DNA of 64,000 nucleotides, taken from NCBI GenBank assembly GCA_024679065.1, contig JAGIQG010000004.1, forward strand, positions 90,396,001-90,460,000, in the 5' to 3' direction. The position numbers and the translations under genes are program-made. The notes under the pieces are model-generated. The model ran no database searches and had not been told where the DNA came from. It saw nothing but the letters and a program-made list of their open reading frames with translations. The first letter of the stretch is position 1, and every line of letters begins with the position of its first letter. Below are positions 1 through 10,312 of the stretch, piece after piece. Source of the stretch: Sphyrna mokarran (lineage: Eukaryota).

Positions 1-429
1 TTTGTTTTATTGTTCTCTACTATCTTTTACCAGTCTGGTTTTGCCAATCTGGAATTGCTTAAACCAACATACAAGAGGTCAAACGTCCTCACACATTCAG
101 TGAACTTTTCTTGAATTGCGAATTCTGATACTCTAAGATCCTCACCAAGCTTCTGTTCACTCGCTGCTCATTAATCCATCACTCATCCTCGAACAAAGAG
201 CTTCTCGTTTAATTTAAAGAGCTCCTTGCTTAATAACTCACACGATCTTAATAAAAAGAGTTCCTGCCTTATTTAAGTAGTTCATTTCTCAAAGGTCCTC
301 ATTCAGACGTGCTCTTGTGCTTTCTGGACCTTTCACAGTCAGTACAGAATTTGTGATTGAGGTCTACAATTTGGCTCCATTCAAGCACACATTTGTAGGT
401 TACATGTGTGCACTGCAGACTGTCTGAGA

Positions 430-705
430 TGGCAGATGTCCCTTGTAGTGGTCTGGAAAGATTTAATAGCACAAAAACAACCTTCACTTATATGGTAAGA
501 GGCATCCCTTCTCCAGATGTTATCCGCTGCAGCTGGCAGAAACCTGTAACAGACTGTCTTGTGAAGTGGAGGTGGAGAAAAAAGAGTTCTACTTTGACAT
601 ATATGGACAAGTTCTCAGGATCATTGACTACTATTGGTACCCTCAGAATAATACTTATCCCCTCTCATTGTATTGTGCTGTTTTAAATGCGCAAGGAATA
701 GACGG
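430..705 (+). pseudogene. Possible decayed Ig-like domain resembling domain 5 of class III receptor tyrosine kinases (PDGFR-like)
   Basis: Frame of ORF 408-686 reads TFTYMVRGIPSPDVIRCSW...STLTYMDKFSGSLTTIGTLRI. After a frameshift near 650 the frame of ORF 566-880 reads NTYPLSLYCAVLNAQGID. Together these resemble PDGFRB VRCRGRGMPQPNIIW...NVTYWEEEQEFEVVSTLRL...PLSVRCTLRNAVGQD (recalled). The first Ig Cys and the core Trp are substituted. Confidence 0.35.
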
Positions 706-1364
706 AAATGGAGCAAGGACAGGCAGAAGAGATTCGTTTAATTTGGTGTCATGTTTGGCACAACATCATGGGCCGAAGGGTCTGTTCCAGTGCTGTACTG
801 TTCAATGTTCCAAATGGCAACACGATCAAAACACGAAGGAGAGTATTGATGATGGTGGCAGGAAACAAAAAAAATCCTAAAATAGCAGACCACCCAGTTT
901 ATGCCTTGAAAAGATGTGGCAAAATGTTTTTGCAAATGCAAGATAAATACAGTCCTTGAAAATAGCTCAAAACTGTAAATTAAGAAACATACTTAAATAG
1001 ACAAAGATCCAGACAGGGTAATTGGACTGTTTTCACCAGTAGGGACACTGGGCTTACAAGAAATAATGTCAAATCCAGAGGAGTAACAGTTTTATCAATT
1101 CAATAAAAGTGGATAAGAAATATTGTATTGGAGTCAGAGGTGCTAAGTTAAAAGCCAGTGTGGAATACTATTTCAACAGTTGAATTGTGAAATCATCACT
1201 TAAAGGATTTAACTATTCAGAATTTGAGTTTAAGAATAAGGAATTTGAATTGCCGGCAATACACTCAAGTGAAATGATAAAATCTTGAAGTATTTCTTCT
1301 GCTGCGAATTCTGGTAAACAATCACTTCTAGTCACTTCCCTCAGTAAAGATGTGAGCACTCACT

Positions 1365-2141
1365 GGGCCCAATTTTCCCATCACTTTGCGTCCATTTTCG
1401 GGCGCAAAAACTTGGTAAAGTCGGGCATGAGGCGAGTAGTGCAATCCGTGCCCTCCTCTGTGCCTGCCCCCTTTGACCCGAAATGGCTGCAATTGGGACC
1501 ATGCCCCAAATGGATGCGAAACGGCCATTGACTTAATGGGGCTACACGCCCAACTTTACTGGCACTTCCCCCTTTACCACCATGTTTGCCCATCCAGAAT
1601 GAAGGCAAAACGGACATTCTCTACAAAAGTCCAATTCAGGCGTTCCAATTAGTGAGGAGGCCTAACGTCCAACAGCTGTCTGCTTGAGGTCAGTGGGGGT
1701 GAAGGGGGTTCTGCTGCCATTCTACCTGTGATCAGTGAGGTGGAAGGGGAGGTCTGCTGCCACACTGTCTGAGATCAGTTGGGGGTGGATGGGCCCACGA
1801 TCAATCTGGGTGGCGAAGGGGGTTGGGCTAAGGGGTCAATGATGTTGGGGGTGTGGGACAATGTCTGTTGGGGCCTGGGAGAGGAATTACCCAGTCCAGG
1901 AGCGATGTGGCAGGGGAGCTGCATTCTACCTTTTTTTCTCTGCACGTGCGCAGATTGGACCTGCAGGATTTTGGATGCATTAGCCCGCCCACAGACTTCT
2001 GCAGCGTGATTTGGACTTGCTGATATTTTTACAGGCAAAGTGCATATCGGGGTACCTGATAACAGTCTAAAAGTCAGATCTGAAACATTTCCGGTTTCAA
2101 GTCCTTCCGGTACTTAGGATCAAAATGGTAAAGTAGGGCTC
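1365..2141. mobile_element. Non-autonomous PIF/Harbinger-like element (MITE)
   Basis: Imperfect TIRs GGGCCCAATTTTCCCAT (1365) and revcomp GAGCCCTACTTTACCAT (ends 2141), 13/17 identical. Flanked by ACT on both sides. GC-rich interior with degenerate tandem units. Confidence 0.7.
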
Positions 2142-3039
2142 ACTGTCTCAAATAATAATAATAATAGAGAAACAGATTGGAGGAAGAGGAATTTAAATGT
2201 GAACTTTTTTTTTGATGTTTTTGTAGCTGAACTTCTCCCTTTGTCTTCCCACCCCATCCCAACCCCCTAATCCTTTTCCCAGGTTTCCCGCCCCAAATGT
2301 CATTTCTATACAAAAAGCGTGCATTAGAAACCTAATCCAGCTCTTTGATAATTGCTGTTCTGAAGCTGGAGTTATGTACGAGTGACCCAGGGGAGGCTGA
2401 CTTGTCTCCCCCATTCCTTCATGTTGATGATCATAGATCTAAATTTTCCTCCTTGCTGCTTTGTGGTGCAACATGTCAGGTTCTAACAGTCTGTGGCAAC
2501 CCACCTCTAATTGACTTTTAAATGACGTCCAGATGGTAAGTCTCCAGTTTTGAAGTAAAGCAGAGGTATTGGCATGATTTTGGCTAGGAATCATTGTGGA
2601 GTGCAAAATATTATTCCAGATATTTTATGGTGATAACACAGTCCATGCTAATTGGCAGGAGTATAATATGTTCAACATCTTTGACCCACGTCCAGTTTTT
2701 TTTTGTAACATTTAAATGAGCACTTTCTGCAGCTGGAAATAATATAAATAATTATTCTGGATTTATAAGAAAACATGTGTGCTTCATTTGCAATTCTTGT
2801 TGTCAGATACAGAAGAGTTGCTCTGCATGGAGACTTTTTTTTTAGCAGAGTTTGTTGCTTTCAGTACTGTTAGCTTGCTTTCATTACTAGTGATGGGGCT
2901 CACAATCCATGTCCGCTCGAATGTCAGTACACAACCTCAGTAATGCGTTTAATTATAAGGTCCAATTGGCTAACAGTTGTTTATTTCCTCACAAGTAATG
3001 ACCAATAAACAAGGTAATGAGGTTTCTTTCCTGACAATT

Positions 3040-3414
3040 TTCTCTCTTGGTTCCCTCGATTGAGGGACAACTCCGTGGATACCCAATCACTTTTGGGGGT
3101 GGTTGTATCTCACAGATTAGTTAGCGAGTCCAGGTTGCTGTGGCAACATTCACCTTGACGTGCATGTTGTAGCCTGGAGCTATGGATAATGATGGTAGCC
3201 ACTCAGAATTCCTTTCCTCCGCATGATTAACCAAGAATCTCTCCTGCTTTTGCTACCTGCCATTGGAATGTGTTGGAAGGAATTTCAGGTTGATAATTGA
3301 TCTGTGTGGCTGTGTTATGAATGCATCTTCCTTTGCCATTGTATTGTGGTGGGGCTTGGAGCCAGAATTCCTGACTCAGAGCCAGGAATGCTACCCATTG
3401 TGCCAGAAGACCGC
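3040..3414 (-). mobile_element. tRNA-derived SINE with RTE-like 3' end
   Basis: Minus strand begins GGTCTTCTGGCACAATGGGTAGCATTCCTGGCTCTGAGTCAGG (A-box-like tRNA head) and ends ...CAATCGAGGGAACCAAGAGAG, resembling RTE-type tails. Confidence 0.5.
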
Positions 3415-3684
3415 CCATCATCTTTCAGCACCACACTCAAATTACCAATCTCCGTGTGTGAACCTGTACCTTGTTGGTAGCTGTTCCACCACAGTGGACT
3501 TCACAAAGAATAATGTTGCCTTACTCAAATCCAGTCAGGTACCATACAAGAAGGATTGTTGGATAATGAATAGAGTATATTGTTCTTTTCTAGTTGAAGC
3601 TAGTAAAGATGAATTACTATATCTTAACCATTGCCCTGGTCAACTCTGAACAAGCCAGTCAATAAATATAGGACTTTCCAAAGT

Positions 3685-4935
3685 GTCTGTTTGGCACAAT
3701 GGTACACTCTTGGGGGGTACTGTGTTCAAGTGGCCCTCTCACATCATCCCCACTCTTTCAGAATTTGATCAACTAATCAAGGGGAATTGTTGCTGCAGGA
3801 TCTCATCATTGTTCATGATGCTGAGGGCGATTCTCCCATCCTGCCACGCTCCCTTTTTAGTGCAGTGGGCCAGGGGATTCTTGTGGAGGCTGATTCATGA
3901 TGGATGTTCAGACATCCATGCGTCTCCCAGTGCCGGATTTCCAGCACTATCAGTTCCAGCACTATTTTTGCATAACATATCCAGTTTCTGATTTAAATAT
4001 TTTAAATCACATTAGTGGGCCTAGGATTGAAATCTCCATCTGTAGGGAGTGGTGGCCCAACTCCATTGGAGAGAAGGAAGGGCAATCATGGATCCCCCCC
4101 ACCTCCAAAGAGAGTTGGCTGCTGGAAGTTTCCCCCTGGGTATCGCCACCTTAACAGTGTGAGCCTCGGCCCCCTTGCACTGCCCAAGGGGCAAAGTGCC
4201 AGTGCCCAGGGTACACCTTGGCACTGCTCACTGGGCATGGGGTAGTGCCACAGGAGCAGAGCCTGATGGGGACAAATGGTCCCGTTGCCACTCTGTATTT
4301 GGGCTGAGTGACAGAGGGAGGGAAGCCAGTTTTCAGGGCTGCAGAGAGTCAAGGTTGGTCTGGGCATGTTTTGGGGAGGGGTTGGGGGACACCCAATGAC
4401 CGAGCTGGCCAGCAGACAGGAGACACTGTGCATGTGCTGATCTCTGCACTGACAGCTCAGTGCATGCACAATGATCCGCTCAGCCTCTCCAGCAGGGATA
4501 GGCCCTGCATCCCACATTTTAACATGATTCACACTGAAGTGTGAGATTCGTTTTTAAACATCTTTAAAAAGAAAGCAGGATTTACTCCAGTTTTTACACA
4601 AATTCGAAACTTAGAATTGTTTTTGTGAAAATTGCCTCTGCTGTCTTTGGGTTGAGACATTTAAACCAAACATGTTCAATTGACTCTAAGTGATTTCATG
4701 GGACTATTTAATTACAAGCAAGGCATTCCTCTGGTATCTTGACAACATTTATCCCTAAACTAACACTGACAAAACAGATTTATTGATCATTTATCTTGTT
4801 TATGTGACCTTGCTGTGCACAAATTGCCCTCATGTTTGCCTGCATAACAACATTGACTACACTTTTACACCTGATTCATTGGCTGTGAAATACAATGGAA
4901 CAATCTGAAGATCTGAAAAGCAGAATGTATATGTG
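3685..4935 (+). mobile_element. Old Deu-domain SINE (SacSINE1/AmnSINE1-like), split by a Harbinger MITE
   Basis: 4641-4930 matches the Deu core and tail pattern (CTGTCTTTGGGTTGAGACATTTAAACC...CATTTATCCCT...ACCTTGCTGTGCACAAATTG...GACTACACTT...TTCATTGGCTGTGAAA). A degraded head lies upstream of 3823. Confidence 0.7.
3824..4638. mobile_element. Non-autonomous Harbinger-like element (MITE)
   Basis: Termini AGGGCGATTCTCCCA and revcomp GAGGCAATTTTCACA, with a (TG)CTG direct repeat on both sides. Shares its subterminal region and the internal GGGCAAAGTGCC motif with the copy at 30094-31056. Confidence 0.75.
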
Positions 4936-5215
4936 GATTCATTTGCTTCTCATCATCTTAGCCAATTGAGTCGTTGGGAGAGCTGAACTTAACAGTCTTC
5001 AAAACATCTCCATATGTGGAACTTGAGCATGTTTCAATTATTTTGCTGTATTCTGTTTATCGCAGCAATGTGGAATCCAGCACACAATATAAACAGGGAT
5101 GGGATCTGTCGCCCAAACTGCTTGACTAACATACAGACCATGATTCTCCTGAATTTGGACTAAGCGTCCATGCCAACGGGAAAGCCAGACTGGTATGTTA
5201 TAGCTGTTCACACTG

Positions 5216-5321
5216 GAGGGATTTTCCCAATCCACTCCAGTGAACGGAGATTTGGTAGGATGCCAAATTCTCTAACCTCACTGTAGTGGGACTGTGGTGT
5301 GAACTGCTGGTAAGATCACCC
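5216..5321. mobile_element. Short Harbinger-like MITE
   Basis: Ends GAGGGATTTTCCC and revcomp GGGTGATCTTACC fit the GGGNNGATTTTCC TIR pattern seen repeatedly in the window. No clean TSD. Confidence 0.5.
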
Positions 5322-5499
5322 AGAATGTTTCTCGCTGGTGCCATCAGAAATCTGCACACACTATCCAGAATATGTTAATGGGCCAGTTCTCCCCCCAACA
5401 AGTTTCCTGCTGACTTTTTAATACCTGGCATCTGATTTGCTGTAGTCAGGAATCAGCTGTTAGCTTGCTCCAAACAGGAGCAGTATTTCAGTGCTCCCG

Positions 5500-6020
5500 T
5501 CAGCAGGGGCAAGGTCTGCACCCAGATTCCTCCAGTTGGAGGTGCAGAGGATGCTGCGGAGGAGAGGAGGCTCACTTTCTTCCCAAGAGTTGGCAGGAGT
5601 CTGCCATTAGCCAATGGTATGGAGGCATGGGAAATGGTGACCAAGACAGTCAGCACAAGGAGCTTCACTAGGAGGACATGCATGCAATAGCACAAGAAGA
5701 TGAATGACCTGCTCTGGTGTGTAAGGGTGACTGCCCACTTCCTTGCCCCTGGCACCACTCATGTCCCTAACCTCTGCCTTCTCACCTTAAACCCCCTCTA
5801 TCCCACCACACCACCTTCTAACATGGTCACACAGAATCTCCATCATAACTGATTTCTCTTTCCCACCCCTGATTGACCTGGCCCCGTGCCCACAAATGCT
5901 CCAGTTATCAGTCCCCATCCTAGTCAGGCCAACCTCTCATTTTGTCATCTTTGTGTCCCTATAGGCAAAGATTGCCTTAAAAATGAGGGAACAGATGAAG
6001 ATGGGTGTGAGTGTGTTATG
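5500..6020 (+). pseudogene. Harbinger Myb/SANT-like DNA-binding gene relic (exon 1, intron, start of exon 2)
   Basis: Translates EDAAEERRLTFFPRVGRSLP...EAWEMVTKTVSTRSFTRRTCMQ*HKKMNDLL, the trihelix Myb/SANT pattern W..V...V....RT..QC.KK.NDL. GT donor at 5727 and pyrimidine-tract AG acceptor at 5963-5964, followed by AKIALKMREQMKMG. Contains an in-frame stop. Confidence 0.8.
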
Positions 6021-6049
6021 TGGCAGCTCTCAGTACTCTAAAAATTCTG

Positions 6050-6260
6050 TTCTATATGCGATAATTGACGGCCTCCATACCAAAACCACTATCCAGGCAA
6101 AGCCATGATCTTGAGAAAGAACACAATGTCTGTCTCTCCTGGTATAGAGCACTGATCATCTCCTTTAAGAACTACTGGAGAACAAACAGCTGGATATTAG
6201 ATATGTTGTCTACTTCAACCTGGAAGGATCCTAATGCAAAAACAAAATTGTGTATAGGGC
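6050..6260 (-). pseudogene. HARBI1-like Harbinger transposase N-terminal fragment
   Basis: Minus strand reads FALGSFQVEVDNISNIQLFVLQ*FLKEMISALY, matching the Harbinger transposase F.A.GSFQ...GD..GISQ...I.EV..AL segment. Confidence 0.7.
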
Positions 6261-7251
6261 TTTTACAGAGCTGTCGTCAGCCTACTCTCAGACAGGTCGT
6301 AGGTTATGCACATACAGCCTCTGACTTCAATGGAGTGCTGACAGACATGGATCTGGCATCTTGCCAAGAGCCCTTCTCCTCACCTTTCTGGGAGTAATTT
6401 CTATGTCCACTTCTTTGCTCCCCATGCACCATCTCCCTCTCATGCTGCAGCTCAAGAGAATTTTATTATAGTATCCATGACAACTGTTGTGAGTGATGTG
6501 CTCAGAACCCTTACAATCACAACCAACACTTTTTTGGCCCCACTGCCTGCAGACCCCATCAATTGTAACCAAATCTGCAACACACTCAGCACCTCCACAA
6601 ATGCAACTATAGTTTGTAGAAAGTGATCAGCAACTAAATATGCAAGTTGCTGATGGCTGCGCTGGCGTGGCATCCTTCATATTGTAGAATGCATGTTCAG
6701 CTGTGTGTGTTTAAGAGAGGCTGTTTTGAGCAGTGAGATCCAAAATGGAGGCGCTGATGTCAAATCAAATGTAGATGCTGACTGATGTCATGATCAGCTC
6801 ACTCTGTAAACTTGTTGCACACATTTTATACTCGTGATAATGCCTTCATTAAGAGAGTGTTTGGTGTGGTCCACATTAAAAGTGAGGGGGAAACAACGCA
6901 GATGCCATTTTGGTACTGAAGCAATATACATATAATTATGATGCTATCAATGCTGGAGAACCAAATTTTGTAATCATAAACCTGAACATTAAATCCTTCA
7001 CAGAATGTAGTTGGTGGAAATGTTTTCTGGAAAATGACACAGCAGAGTTAAATTCCAAAAATAAAAACAGAAAAGTCTGGGAGAAAAATCCCAAAGAGAA
7101 AAGCCCCGTTAACACTTCTTCAGCACATGTCAAAATTGATACACATTCTTGAAATTTGCTTGATTACATTTAGGAACCAGTCAGACATTTTCCTCAGGAG
7201 ATTAAATAGACTGAGTGAAGCCTATATAATTTAAACTGTGGGATTAGGTTA

Positions 7252-7389
7252 GGGTGGGATTTTCCAGTCGCTTCTGCCCCAAGAGTGGAAATTCTCACCT
7301 GAGGTCAATGGACCTTTAGAATGGTTCACCAAATTTCCTACCCCACCTGCAACAATTCCCATGGTAGGTGGGACTGAAAAGTTAACCCC
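7252..7389. mobile_element. Short Harbinger-like MITE
   Basis: Starts GGGTGGGATTTTCC and ends GAAAAGTTAACCCC (degenerate TIR). Confidence 0.5.
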
Positions 7390-8281
7390 ATATGTGGAGA
7401 GGAAATCATGATGGAATAACCATCTTAACTTACTCCATGGTTTTTGTACAGTATTTGCGCATGGACTGTCCTAGGAGAGTTTAAATGAAAGGTACAATAC
7501 ACACTGAATATAAATAGCAATGCAATATCCCAGCCAGTCCTCTTTTACTTATTCAATGCCTTGTGTATCTGTCTTGGCTCCTTGCTCCTGTGTCAAGTAA
7601 ACAACATATCAGATGCAATCAGATGTTATTCTGTGTAACAGACAATATGAGTTGTTATTCTGTTTAAAATCAGGCTGTCGGGTGTTTTGAATTAAAGAGA
7701 TAAAATGCTAGTAATAAACAGCAAATTCCTCATCGAAGCCCATAGTAAAATCTTTATCTATAGTTTCAGTTTACAAATGCTAACTGACATGACTGTAGTT
7801 TACCCATATGTTTAGCACTCCATTACAGCTGAACCTGGTAATTAAAATGGGTAGTTCTGTCAAAGAAAAGCAGACTGGAAAAATGGATAACCTCCAAGAC
7901 TTTGTCTGATCTCTGCAGACCCTGGTATTTTTGTTAAAAGCTATTATGTAGTCTGATGTTCAGACAGTCAGCTCTGCTTGTTGAGTTTCTTGATAATTGC
8001 TGCTACTCTTCTCACCTCAAAGGTCACTTCACTAACACAGCATAGGAACATAAGAACAGGAGTAGGCCATTCAGCCCATCAAGGCTTTTCCATCGTTCAT
8101 TGAGATTATGGCTGATTTTTGGCCTAATTCCATATACCTACCTTTTGCCCATATCCCTTAATGCTTTTGCTTAAAGAAGTTCATCTATCTCAGATTTAAT
8201 GATAGCAACTGATTTAGCATCGATTGTTGTTTGTGGAAGAGAGATGTAAAGCTATATTACCCTCTATATGTAGAAGTGCAT

Positions 8282-8991
8282 GGTGGCATAATGTTTAGCA
8301 GTGTTGCCTCACAGCGCCTGAGACTCAGGTTCGATTCCCAGCTTAGGTCATTGTCTGTGTAGAGTTTGCACATTCTTCCCGTGTCTGCGAGGTACTCTGG
8401 TGTCATAGAAATCATAGAAACCCCACAGTACAGAAAGAGGCCATTTGGCCCATCGAATCTGCACCGATCACAATCCCACTCAGGCCCCACCTCCATATCC
8501 CTACATATTTTACCCATTAATCCTTTCAACCTATGCATTTCAGGACACTAAAGGGCAATTTTAGCATGGCCAATCAACCTAACCCGCACATCTTTGGATT
8601 GTGGAAGGAAACTGGAGTGCCTGGAGGAAACCCCTGCAGACACGAGGAGAATGTGCAAACTCCAGACAGACAGTGACCCAAGCCAGGAACTGAGCCCAGG
8701 TCCCTGGAGCTGTGAAGCAGCAGTGCTAACCACTGTGTTATCGTGCCGCCCCAGGTCTAAACGGTCTGAAAGATGTGCTGGTTAGATGCATTGACCACAT
8801 TAAATTTTCCCTTAGTGTAGCGAAAAACCTGCTGAAGGTTTGATTTTGATTTGATTTATTACTGTTACATGTATTTAGAAACTGTGAAAAGTATATTTTC
8901 TTGCGTGCTATACAGGTGTGGTAACTAGGGGATTTTCACAGCAATGTCACTGCGGTGTTAATGGAAGCATATTGTGAACTAATAAATAAAT
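8282..8991 (+). mobile_element. V-SINE (HE1-related head and core, alternative tail), itself interrupted twice
   Basis: A box TGGCATAATGTT, B box GGTTCGATTCC, V-core GAGTTTGCACATTCTTCCCGTGTCTGCG, tail ACTAGGGGATTTTCACAG...AATAAATAAA. TSD AAGTGCAT at 8274-8281 and 8992-8999. Confidence 0.85.
8403..8751 (-). mobile_element. Full-length HE1 SINE
   Basis: Minus strand starts GGGCGGCACGATAACACAGTGGTTAGCACTGCTGCTTCACAGCTCCAGGGACC, has the V-domain core, and ends in a CR1-like TTCTATGA repeated tail. Confidence 0.92.
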
Positions 8992-9958
8992 AAGTGCATA
9001 CAAACACCTCTCCTGAACAGTCTGGCCATAGGTTTTAGATTATGCACCCTAGTTCTAAAATCTCCATCCAGAAGAAATAGTTTATCTTTATCTACCCTCT
9101 CTTTTCCTGTTATTACCTTGAAGACTTTGATCAGTTCAGCCCTCAACTTTCTTGATTCTCAGCTGCTCGCTCCCACTTCACTCCTGAATCCAAGTGCCAG
9201 TAAATACAAAGTGGTACATCTTTGACAATCTAGCGAAAGCGTTCAAGGTTCCTTTTTCTCCTCACTGCTATTAATAGGACAGTTTGGTAGTTGGATGGCT
9301 AAGGCTGATGTGCTTCTTTTGGATATATTTTTGCTGAGCATATAAAAATCTTTTGTAAGATGGTGCAGGATTATCTTTATCTCTGTAGCATGGAATCTGT
9401 GTTTGTGTTAGTGATGAATCTCTGTTTATCTGCATGTCGTAGTGTCACATGCAATAAAATATAGGGATGGTTTTTGTTAGCAATCCCAGTGCCTGCTTCA
9501 GCTAGGAGCGCAAGAAAGTGGGCAAAGCTCACTAATAATGGAGAAATAACAATTTCTAAAAACTATCCTTTCACGAACAATGAAAGCAGCAACGTGCTAA
9601 GAACATATTTTTAAAAAATATTATTTACAGATCTGAGATCAAAAATAAGTTATTAATAAAAGGAGAAGCCTTTGTTGATGGAAGTAAGCCCTAATTAATT
9701 ATTTGTTGTCTAAACTCTTCCCTCTGTGCAGATATGCACCTCATTACCCCTTTAAGCTCAGTTACACTACTAATTTAGTCACCTTGCCAACATCCTTTGG
9801 TGAAAACATTCCACCAAGCCTTTTCCTCATAAATTACTACATTTCTATACTATATGGAATAAATTTCACATCTGTGCCTTTCGTAATCTTGAAAAGATCA
9901 ATGATGTCACCTGACAAAAATTAGGGCCAATTCTTTTTTATTTTAAGCTGCGGGACTG

Positions 9959-10122
9959 ACCTGGTCTGACCTACATGTGACTCCAGAGCTACAGCAATGT
10001 GGTTGACTTTTCAAATGCCCTCAAAAATGTCCTAGTGAGCTGTTCAGTTCAAGGGTGACTGGGGATGGGCAATAAATCACCCAGCCAGTGATGCCCATGT
10101 CCCATGAACGAATTTTTTAAAA
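9959..10122 (+). mobile_element. 3' part of the tRNA-SINE family also seen at 61205-61557
   Basis: CTGGTCTGACCTACATGTGACTCCAGAGCTACAGCAATGTGGTTGACT...GGGATGGGCAATAAAT is nearly the same as 61420-61510. Confidence 0.75.
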
Positions 10123-10177
10123 AATCAATTTCCGTGCAAATTTGCTACCACATTTTTCAACATTACAAGTGTAACTA

Positions 10178-10312
10178 TGAACATAGGATAGGAATTATAA
10201 GCAAATGTAGGCAAAGTCAGCCTTTCAAGCCTGCTCCACTACTCGATCAGATCATGGCTGATCTTTCCCTTGTCTCAAATCCATCTCCCCACCTGTTCCC
10301 CGCATCCCCTTT
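10178..10312 (-). mobile_element. CR1 LINE 3' tail fragment
   Basis: GAACATAGG...CAAGCCTGCTCCACTACTCGATCAGATCATGGCTGATCT is homologous to the tails at 8041 and 16618. Confidence 0.65.

Larger units (their letters stand above)
8041..9155 (-). mobile_element. CR1-type LINE 3' fragment interrupted by nested SINEs
   Basis: Tail revcomp CATAGGAACATAAGAACAGGAGTAGGCCATTCAGCCC. The body resumes after 8992 (AAGTGCATACAAACACCTCTCCTGAAC...TTATGCACCCTAGTTCT). Confidence 0.8.
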
